Positions 38,378-50,315 of a stretch of DNA of 50,315 bases are shown here, one piece after another (positions within the stretch are counted from its first letter, which is position 1; every line of letters starts with the position of its first letter). A program made the translations under genes and the position numbers. Under the pieces are notes generated by a model. The model made no database searches, was not told where the DNA came from, and saw only the letters and a program-made list of their open reading frames with translations. The DNA comes from Pseudobacteriovorax sp. (GTDB taxonomy: Bacteria; Bdellovibrionota_B; Oligoflexia; Oligoflexales; Oligoflexaceae). The stretch covers positions 1-50,315 of the forward strand of contig JBNKNM010000019.1 of assembly GCA_050293845.1 (NCBI GenBank). Reading direction: 5' to 3'.

Positions 38378-39511
38378 ATGCTCGCTCCAGTTTACAGCAA
38401 ATATAACCAAACAATCGTTCGCTCATCAGGTTCATATATCTTCAACGATAAAAATCAACAAATTCTTGACTTTTACAGCGGTCACGGTGTGATTTCCATA
38501 GGCCATCAAAACCCATTTTTTGTAACTGCATTAAAAGAACAAATGGATAAAATCATATATTACTCCAATGCAGTACACCTACCAATCCAAGAACAGCTTG
38601 CCACCGAACTTGCAAGTACATCGGAACTCCAAGGATATCAGCTTTTTTTGTGCAACTCAGGTGCCGAAGCCGTTGAAAATGCCCTCAAGGTCGCCGCACT
38701 GCAAAATCAAAGAAAAAAAATTGTCGCTCTGCGCAACTCGTTTCATGGACGAACGTCTTTAGCTGTGCAATGTACTGATAATGCTCGGTTGAGAACAACG
38801 GTTAACACAGGAAATATCGTCGATTTTATACCAATCAATGACACCAGCTCCCTGGAAGAAGCTATCGATGAACAGACTTGCGCCGTAATCGTCGAAGGTA
38901 TTCAAGGGATTGGTGGCGTCCATGTACCCACTCCCTCGTATTGGCAGCAATTACGAAAAAAATGTGATGAGACCGGTGCTGTTCTAATAGCTGATGAAAT
39001 CCAATCAGGCTACGGAAGGTCTGGCCGTTTTTTTGCTTTTCAAAGAGGCCCTGTGCTCCCCGATATCATTACCATGGCAAAAGGTATGGGAAATGGCTTT
39101 CCTGTTGCGGGCATCCTTTTTTCAGATAAATATCAGCTCCAAAGTGGGGATTTGGGGACTACATTTGGCGGAAACCCCTTAGCAGCTAGGGCGGCTCTCA
39201 GCGTAACACAGTTTATCCGCAACAATAACACAGTGAATCATGCTGATACTCTAGGAAAACTACTCATGAAAGAGCTTACAGAATTTTCCGGAGTGGAAGC
39301 TGTCCGCGGTCAAGGTCTCATGATTGGGATCGACTTTGCCCTGGATGATGCCAGTCCCATCCGTCATCACCTACTTAGTTCATTCCACATTATTTGTGGG
39401 AGTGCTAGTAGCAAAAACACCATTCGATTGTTACCACCCCTAACTGTTACTCAGGAAGAGTGCGGCATCTTTCTTGAGTCTTTGGCGAGTACCCTTAAGC
39501 ATTTTTTTTGA
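38378..39511 (+). CDS. argD: Acetylornithine aminotransferase (class III PLP enzyme)
   Basis: NSGAEAVENALK, FHGRT, DEIQSGYGRSG, PDIITMAKG, TTFGGNPLA. Confidence 0.93.
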   Translation: MLAPVYSKYNQTIVRSSGSYIFNDKNQQILDFYSGHGVISIGHQNPFFVTALKEQMDKIIYYSNAVHLPIQEQLATELASTSELQGYQLFLCNSGAEAVENALKVAALQNQRKKIVALRNSFHGRTSLAVQCTDNARLRTTVNTGNIVDFIPINDTSSLEEAIDEQTCAVIVEGIQGIGGVHVPTPSYWQQLRKKCDETGAVLIADEIQSGYGRSGRFFAFQRGPVLPDIITMAKGMGNGFPVAGILFSDKYQLQSGDLGTTFGGNPLAARAALSVTQFIRNNNTVNHADTLGKLLMKELTEFSGVEAVRGQGLMIGIDFALDDASPIRHHLLSSFHIICGSASSKNTIRLLPPLTVTQEECGIFLESLASTLKHFF

Positions 39512-39519
39512 GATGAGCT

Positions 39520-40470
39520 ATGAAACACTTTATTTCTGTGCACAGCACCAGCCCCCACAAACTAGTGGAGCTTGCTCGAACGATCAGTTTAAATCCTTTG
39601 CAGGATGCGACTTTAGGTCGGCATAAAACCCTTGGTCTGATTTTTCTAAATCCTAGCTTAAGAACTCGTCTTAGTACCCAAAAGGCAGCCCAGAACATTG
39701 GTATGAACACCATGATTCTAAACCTAAATCAAGATGGGTGGAAGGTGGAGTTCAACGACAATGTAATTATGAATGGCGAGGCCAGTGAACACATCCGTGA
39801 AGCAGCTCAGGTTATCGGACAGTATTGCGATATTATCGGTATCCGCTGTTTTCCAGGGTTACAAGATCGTTGTAAGGACTACTCTGAAGACGTTCTCAAG
39901 AAATTTATTGAATTCAGTGGACGACCCATCGTAAGCTTAGAGTCTTGCACTCTTCACCCCTTACAATCCCTTGCTGACATGTTAACTATCGAGGAATACA
40001 AAAAAACAAAACGTCCTAAAGTCGTCATGACTTGGGCTCCCCATATTCGCCCCTTACCCCAATCAGTACCCAACTCATTTGCTGAATGGGCTCTTAAGTT
40101 TGATTACGAGTTTGTTATTACTCACCCCAAGGGTTACGAACTAGACTTGCAATTCACCTCATCTGCTACCATCATCCATGACCAGGACGAAGCCTTACAA
40201 GGGGCCGACTTTGTATATGCAAAAAGCTGGTCATCGTTCTCCCAATATGGAGAACTCGATGCTTCTTCCCACAGTGACTGGCAAATAACTGCTGCCAAAA
40301 TGAATTTGACAAATCGCGGCATCTTTCTCCATTGCTTACCCATACGCCGCAACCTTGTTGCCAGTGATGAAGTTCTAGATAGCCCTTACTCGAAGGTTAT
40401 TCAACAGGCGAAAAATCGTGAGTACGCAGCCCAAGCAGTTTTGTCGAGCATTTTAAAAGGATCCTTATGA
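39520..40470 (+). CDS. argF: N-acyl-ornithine carbamoyltransferase (ArgF', probably N-succinylornithine-specific)
   Basis: NPSLRTR, MNGEASEHIREAA, HPLQ, TWAPH, HCLP; AOTCase/SOTCase-type features. Confidence 0.88.
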   Translation: MKHFISVHSTSPHKLVELARTISLNPLQDATLGRHKTLGLIFLNPSLRTRLSTQKAAQNIGMNTMILNLNQDGWKVEFNDNVIMNGEASEHIREAAQVIGQYCDIIGIRCFPGLQDRCKDYSEDVLKKFIEFSGRPIVSLESCTLHPLQSLADMLTIEEYKKTKRPKVVMTWAPHIRPLPQSVPNSFAEWALKFDYEFVITHPKGYELDLQFTSSATIIHDQDEALQGADFVYAKSWSSFSQYGELDASSHSDWQITAAKMNLTNRGIFLHCLPIRRNLVASDEVLDSPYSKVIQQAKNREYAAQAVLSSILKGSL

Positions 40471-41258
40471 AGTCACCAGTGGCCATCGTCAAAGTCGGAG
40501 GGGCCATTCTTGAAGACCCTTCGCGCAAGCATCATTTTTTAAAAGCTTTTTTAAGTTTACCGGCACCAAAGATCTTGATTCATGGCGGTGGCATTCTCGC
40601 CAACCAGCTTGCCGAAAAACTTTCCATTCCGGTTACAATGATCGAAGGGCGCAGGGTCACCGATTCTGCTACTCTCGATATCGTAACCATGGTTTATGGT
40701 GGCAAAATAAGCAAGGGTCTCGCCGCATATCTTTCCAGCCACACCTGCCCAGCGATAGGGCTTACCGGCGCCGATATGATGCTCGTTGAAAGTAAAAAAC
40801 GATCCTCCCAGCCGGTCGATTATGGCTTTGTAGGGGATGTCATATCTGTAAACTACAAGGCTCTATTTCAGCTCCTTGAAGCAGGTATTTGCCCCATCAT
40901 CGCCCCCCTTAGCTGTGATGCTCAAGGTCAAATTCTGAACACAAATGCTGACACTATGGCAGCAGCCATAACCGAGTCACTTAGCCTCAACCATCACCAA
41001 GTCATATTATATTTAACGATGGACCTTGACGGTGTTCGCACCAGCCTTAACGAACCAGAATCTCTTCTACCGCAAATTGACCAGCAACAATACTTGCAGC
41101 TGAAGGAAGCTGGAATCATCAGTGGTGGCATGATACCTAAGCTGTACAACTGCTTTGCCGCAAAAAAAGCGGGGGCTTCACGGGTTTTCATCTGTACCCC
41201 CGAGGCCTTGGGTGCTCGCAATGGCATGGAACCTCTCCCTGCTACAGAGATTCTATGA
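40467..41258 (+). CDS. argB: Acetylglutamate kinase
   Basis: VKVGG, IHGGG, GRRVTD, DYGFVGDV, NTNADT, GGMIPKL. Confidence 0.95.
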   Translation: MKSPVAIVKVGGAILEDPSRKHHFLKAFLSLPAPKILIHGGGILANQLAEKLSIPVTMIEGRRVTDSATLDIVTMVYGGKISKGLAAYLSSHTCPAIGLTGADMMLVESKKRSSQPVDYGFVGDVISVNYKALFQLLEAGICPIIAPLSCDAQGQILNTNADTMAAAITESLSLNHHQVILYLTMDLDGVRTSLNEPESLLPQIDQQQYLQLKEAGIISGGMIPKLYNCFAAKKAGASRVFICTPEALGARNGMEPLPATEIL

Positions 41259-41348
41259 CTCGATAGTCCAAGATTGGCAGAATTCTCAGTAATTGGTATG
41301 AAACCATTGATACACTCAGTTCTGTTGGTGCCATGGGAAAGGGAAATT

Positions 41349-42473
41349 ATGCCAAACTTTCAGCAACTGCTGGAATCAATCCGCAAAACGGTTTCTGAAG
41401 TCGATGTTGAAAATGCTCAAGCCCTGCAGCGCAGGGGAGCTATATTTGTTGATGTACGTGATAATAGTGAGCGTAGTACAGGTATGATTACTGATGCCAT
41501 CGGTATCGGTCGAGATTTTTTAGAAATGAAAATAGGTGACTACGTCTGCTCTAGTCACGATCCGGTAGTTGCCTACTGCGCATCAGGGACCCGCTCCCTT
41601 CTTGCTGCTAAGGCGATCCTTGATTTGGGTTATCAAAATGTTTATTCCCTAGCTGGGGGAATGGCAGCATGGAAGGCCGCCGGAAAAAAACTAGTCTACC
41701 CAGAAGCCATAGATCCTGATTTTGAAAGTCGCTATCAAAAGCATTTTTTACTCCAAGAAGTCGGAATAGCAGGACAGAAAAAATTAGCTAAAGCTAAGGT
41801 ATTGATCGTGGGTGCAGGAGGGTTATCAAGTCCTTCCCTAGCCTACCTAACAGCTGCGGGAGTGGGAACCATCGGTGTTGTGGATAATGATTGGATCGAA
41901 CGGAGCAATTTGCAACGACAGATCATTCATCGCGATCACGAAGTAGGGCTTCCCAAAGTCACTTCAGCAGCGAGGTTTGCCAGGGAGTTAAACCCAAAAA
42001 CAAAACTAAATCAGTATAATACGCGACTGTGCCCGGAAAATATTGATGAAATTTGCCGGCCATACGACCTCATAGTTGATGGCACCGACAATTTCAGTAG
42101 CCGCTTTCTTATCAATGATACTTGCGTAAAGTTTAAGAAGCCTCATATCCATGGTGCAATATATAGGTTTTCTGGAGAAGTCACCGTGTTTAGCTCTCAC
42201 TCTTCAGTTCATGCTCCTTGCTATAGGTGCCTTTTTCCTGAACCTCCACCTCCCGAACTAGCCCCTTCCTGCGCTGAAGCTGGAGTACTAGGAGTTTTAC
42301 CTGGAATTATAGGAGCGTTACAGGCCCACGAAGCTATTAAAATTATTTTGGGAATATCTGACACTTTAGTAGGGCGACTTCTCCAATTCAATGGCCTTAA
42401 ATCTGCATTTAAAGAGATAAAAATTTCCAAAGATCTTCAATGCTCTGTTTGCAAGATTGATAATCACTATTAG
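41349..42473 (+). CDS. moeB: Rhodanese-MoeB fusion (adenylyltransferase/sulfurtransferase)
   Basis: N-terminal rhodanese (DVR, YCASGTRS); VGAGGL, SNLQRQ, DGTDNF, CYRC and CSVC Zn motifs; ATG 41349 after AAGGGA. Confidence 0.9.
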   Translation: MPNFQQLLESIRKTVSEVDVENAQALQRRGAIFVDVRDNSERSTGMITDAIGIGRDFLEMKIGDYVCSSHDPVVAYCASGTRSLLAAKAILDLGYQNVYSLAGGMAAWKAAGKKLVYPEAIDPDFESRYQKHFLLQEVGIAGQKKLAKAKVLIVGAGGLSSPSLAYLTAAGVGTIGVVDNDWIERSNLQRQIIHRDHEVGLPKVTSAARFARELNPKTKLNQYNTRLCPENIDEICRPYDLIVDGTDNFSSRFLINDTCVKFKKPHIHGAIYRFSGEVTVFSSHSSVHAPCYRCLFPEPPPPELAPSCAEAGVLGVLPGIIGALQAHEAIKIILGISDTLVGRLLQFNGLKSAFKEIKISKDLQCSVCKIDNHY

Positions 42474-42628
42474 CAGCCCATGACTATCATTTGCAAACTT
42501 GAAACTGCGATTTAATTTCAATTGAATAACATCGATAAAGCTACCAGTGAAAACCTACCGATGCGCAGGAATTCATTGTGTTGCCCTTGCAAAGTAGGAA
42601 TCTTTTCTCATATAGGGCCATAAAGAAT

Positions 42629-42664
42629 TTGAAAACTGTGACTATACTAGCTATATGTGGATGA
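42629..42664 (+). promoter_or_regulatory. Possible ilv-leu leader peptide (MKTVTILAICG)
   Basis: TTG-started 11-codon ORF with GTG, ATA, CTA and ATA codons; no clear attenuator terminator. Confidence 0.3.
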
Positions 42665-42757
42665 ACAATGCTGTCTAACGTCCTTGGCAATCACATTAAT
42701 ATGCCCAAACAGGTTAAACCTTAATCAAAAAGTGGGCTTACATTTCTGGGGTATTCC

Positions 42758-44475
42758 ATGACCAAAATTAACGGTGCTGGAGCGCTCATTAAAATTCTAG
42801 AAGCTCATGATATAAAGTATATCTTTGGCCATCCCGGTGGTGCTGCGATCAATATTTTTGATGCTCTCCTTGATTCCCATATCGAATTTATTTTAGCTAG
42901 GCACGAGCAGGGAGCCATTCACATGGCGGATGGTTATGCCCGTTCTACTGGAAAACTAGGGGTGGTCCTCGTCACTAGTGGTCCTGGTGCCCTAAATACA
43001 GTCACCGGACTGGTGACTGCAAAAATGGATTCCGCCCCTATTCTGGTTATTAGTGGGCAAACACTCAGCTCAAACTTGGGTAAGGATGCCTTTCAAGAAG
43101 CAGATGTTTTCGGCACTACCATGCCTTTAGTAAAGCATAGCTATCTGGTCTTACGCCCTGAAGAGCTTTGCCATTCTATCCACGAAGCGATTCACATCGC
43201 TACTACAGGACGGCCTGGCCCAGTCCTAGTAGATGTTCCTAAAGATATCAGCGGAATAGAAGTAGAGTTGGAAGCCGCTCCCCAAATCAACCTACCGGGA
43301 TATGTGCTGGAAGATTCATGGGATCAAGACTTTGCATCAAACTCACAGCTGATGATTGATTTTCTGAGAAACAGCAAGCGGCCCTTGTTACTCATCGGCC
43401 ATGGCGCTCTTATCAGTAACGCCTATAAAGAAGTAGCATCATTAGTCAATACTCTTAGAACTCCTGTGACCAATACCTTACTCGGAAAGGGGGTGTTCCC
43501 TGAATCTCACCCTCTATCATTAGGGATGCTGGGGATGCATGGCACGGCATATGCCAATTATGCTCTTGCAAACTGCGATCTTATCTTATCTATTGGCAGT
43601 CGCTTTGATGATCGCATAAATGGTGATAATAAAAACTTCTGTCCTCTGGCCAAAAAACTGCATATCGATATCGATTCCTCAGAAATCAATAAAATAGTAA
43701 AAACCGATGCTGCCATCTGCGGTGATGCAAAAGAGGTACTTAAAAAGCTCATTCCTCAACTATCACCTTGCGACACCGATGAATGGCTTGCTGACCTCAA
43801 TAGGTTTCGTTTGAAACATCCTTTAGATGCCGGCGATGGTGAGAGATTTACGGCTAGTTATGTTATCCATAGCATATACCAAGCTCTAAACAAAGATGCT
43901 ATTATTACAACAGATGTGGGACAGCATCAGATGTGGGCTGCTCAATTCTGTTTGTCTAACCATCCCCGTACCTGGCTATCTTCAGGGGGGGCGGGAACCA
44001 TGGGTTTCGGATTTCCTTCTGCCATCGGTGCTCAGTTCGCAAATCCACAAAAACAAGTGGTGTGTTTTGTAGGTGATGGGGGCTTTCAAATGACCCTCTG
44101 CGAATTAGCAACAGCTGCTATCCATAAACTCCCTATTATTATAGTTATTGTGGATAATCAATGCCTAGGAATGGTCCGTCAATGGCAAGAGCTCTTCTAC
44201 GATAATCGCTATAGTGGCATTGATCTAGAGGGCAACCCCGATTTTGTGCAGCTTGCAAAAGCCTACGGAATAGAAGCCCACTTCGCAAATAACAAAAATT
44301 CTTTGCGACAATTGATTGCAAAAATCAATTATCATAGAGAAGGACCTCTACTCATCCATGCTCAAGTTGTAAAAGAAGAAAATGTCTTCCCCATGATACC
44401 AGCAGGTCAAGCTGCCAACAAAATGATTTTAAGTCGGCCCCCGACTCAGTTAGAAAAACCCTCAGGGAGTACTTA

Positions 44476-44476
<1 letters not shown>
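42758..44476 (+). CDS. ilvB: Acetolactate synthase large subunit
   Basis: FGHPGGA, RHEQGA, TSGPGA, DAFQEAD, DVGQHQMW, GDGGFQMT, GMVRQWQ. Confidence 0.97.
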
Positions 44477-46058
<1,582 letters not shown>

Positions 46059-46078
46059 TTCCTAGGAAGGAGATATCT

Positions 46079-48753
<2,675 letters not shown>

Positions 48754-48763
48754 GGATACTACC

Positions 48764-50182
48764 ATGGGAAAAAATTTATTCACAAAAGTATGGGAAAACC
48801 ATCAGGTTTCGACAATGGCTAATGGTTACGCACAATTATTCATCGACCTTCACCTCATCCACGAGGTCACTAGTCCACAAGCATTTTCCATGCTGGCGGA
48901 GAAAAAAATACCAGTTCTTTTCCCTGAACGAACCGTCGCCACAGTCGACCATATTGTCCCCACTGACAAACAACACCGCCCTTATCAGGATTCTCTTGCG
49001 GAAGCCATGGTTCAGGCTCTTGAAAGAAACACAGCTGACTTTGGTATCCGCTACCATAATGAAAAGTCTAAAAAACAAGGTATCGTGCATATTATCGCTC
49101 CGGAACAGGGACTTACCCGGCCGGGTATGACTATAGTCTGCGGAGATTCTCACACGGCAACCCACGGCGCTTTTGGCGCCATAGCCTTTGGAATAGGGAC
49201 AAGTCAAGTCAGAGATGTTCTCGCCAGTCAAACTATTGCAACAGCCCCATTGAAGGTGAGAAAAATCAATTGTATTGGTCAGCGACCCCCAGGTGTTACA
49301 GCCAAAGATATTATACTGAACATCATAGGTACCTTAGGAGCCGAAGCGGGAGTGGGCTATGCTTATGAGTATGCCGGTCCTGTGATTGAAAAACTTTCTA
49401 TGGATGAGCGTATGACTATATGTAACATGTCCATTGAAGGTGGGGCTCGCTGTGGCTACATTAATCCTGATACTGTCACCCTAGAGTATTTACGTAACGC
49501 TCTACCAGATCTATCTGAATCCGCATGGCAAGAAAAAACGAAATATTGGCTATCATTCGCCAGCGATGTCGATGCGTCTTATGATGATTATGTTACATTT
49601 GATGTTTCCCTCATGACGCCCACAGTCACTTGGGGTGTATCACCTGATCAATCTATAGGAGTAGATCAATGCATCCCTCAATGGGATAAATTCAATCCGA
49701 AAGCCCATTTGTATGAAGAAGCCATCAAATACATGGGATTAAAAGCGGGTACTCCTATTAAACATACCGAAATCCAAGTGGCCTTTATCGGAAGCTGCAC
49801 TAACGGAAGATTGGAAGATTTTATTTCTGTTAGTCAGCATTTAAAAGGGAAGCGTGTTTCATCAGGTATACGTGCTTATGCTGTACCAGGATCTGTCAAA
49901 GTTCATGATGAAGCTGAGGCGTTAGGAGTAGCAGATATTTTTCGTGAAGCCGGATTTGAATGGCGTTCTCCAGGCTGTTCTATGTGCTTAGCTATGAATC
50001 CAGATAAGCTCCGTGGACAAGAGTTATGCGCTTCAAGCTCAAATCGTAATTTTAAAGGTCGTCAAGGATCACCAAAGGGACGAACTATGCTTATGAGCCC
50101 CCTATCTGTAGCAGCCGCTGCTGTTCAAGGCTCTATTGCAGATCCACGGGAGGTATTTGAACTGTCAATTACCCCCACCTAA
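48764..50182 (+). CDS. leuC: 3-isopropylmalate dehydratase large subunit (last codons and stop derived from the inserted element)
   Basis: HEVTSPQAF, CGDSHTATHGAFG, GSCTNGR, GCSMCLAMN, NRNFKGRQG; ATG 48764 after AAGGA. Confidence 0.97.
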   Translation: MGKNLFTKVWENHQVSTMANGYAQLFIDLHLIHEVTSPQAFSMLAEKKIPVLFPERTVATVDHIVPTDKQHRPYQDSLAEAMVQALERNTADFGIRYHNEKSKKQGIVHIIAPEQGLTRPGMTIVCGDSHTATHGAFGAIAFGIGTSQVRDVLASQTIATAPLKVRKINCIGQRPPGVTAKDIILNIIGTLGAEAGVGYAYEYAGPVIEKLSMDERMTICNMSIEGGARCGYINPDTVTLEYLRNALPDLSESAWQEKTKYWLSFASDVDASYDDYVTFDVSLMTPTVTWGVSPDQSIGVDQCIPQWDKFNPKAHLYEEAIKYMGLKAGTPIKHTEIQVAFIGSCTNGRLEDFISVSQHLKGKRVSSGIRAYAVPGSVKVHDEAEALGVADIFREAGFEWRSPGCSMCLAMNPDKLRGQELCASSSNRNFKGRQGSPKGRTMLMSPLSVAAAAVQGSIADPREVFELSITPT

Positions 50183-50315
50183 AGGAGGGGGCTTGTGAGG
50201 TGACTCGCAAGGGAGACTAGTTGACCAGACTACTAGCGAGAAAGGATGTTTAAATACAGTATGTTAGTAGACGTTAAGACAGAATATCACACCTTTGGAT
50301 GCCGCCTCAGTCCAT
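50164..50315 (+). ncRNA. 5' portion of a HEARO/omega-RNA scaffold (IscB-associated), truncated by the window end
   Basis: GTCAATTACCCCCACCTAAAGGAGGGGGCTTG start; GTCAATTA pairs with TAGTTGAC; then GTTGACCAGACT, ACGTT and ACACCTTTGGATGCCGCCTCAGTCC in the order recalled for HEARO RNAs; GTGA tetraloop hairpin. Confidence 0.85.
50164..50315 (+). mobile_element. End of an IS200/IS605-superfamily IscB-type (ISC/OMEGA) element inserted at the 3' end of leuC
   Basis: Abrupt switch from leuC coding sequence to a GTCAA end with subterminal CCCCCACCT-AA-AGGAGGGGG hairpin; leuD is absent from its expected position. Confidence 0.8.

Noticed and set aside
50172..50191. GC-rich hairpin at the leuC stop as the operon terminator
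   Set aside because: No U-tract, and it is embedded in a larger omega-RNA-like fold.

Overview
A ~42% GC bacterial chromosome segment. Its gene content suggests Bdellovibrionota/Oligoflexia (orphan beta-barrels, REC-TPR proteins, many FliA-like promoters); this taxonomy is inferred, not searched. The left and central ~36 kb hold housekeeping and envelope genes: an alpha/beta hydrolase, a Ca/Na antiporter, apaG, a DUF2760-Hsp70-Hsp70 operon, PBP1B with a TPR lipoprotein, a GreA-like factor, a DEAD-box helicase, an OmpA protein, a secreted metallopeptidase, purU, hemH, an AEC transporter, a CAAX protease and several unusual response regulators. The right ~14 kb hold a Bacteroidetes-style arginine operon (GNAT argA-argC-argD-argF'-argB), a rhodanese-MoeB gene and an ilvB-ilvN-ilvC-leuA-leuB-leuC operon. 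The strongest signal outside the ORF track is at the right edge. From 50164 the sequence resembles the 5' part of a HEARO/omega-RNA, the guide-RNA scaffold of IscB (OMEGA, IS200/IS605-family) elements. It sits in the last codons of leuC, supplies the leuC stop codon and occupies the place of leuD; the window ends before any iscB ORF. Other highlights are two candidate small RNAs (about 3775-3913, sigma54-type promoter; about 21240-21424, sigma70 promoter plus terminator), about seven sigma28-like promoters, and a pseudo-receiver/Hpt-like protein with a CheZ-like tail. No tRNA, rRNA or CRISPR array was seen. All family calls come from motif recognition without database searches.
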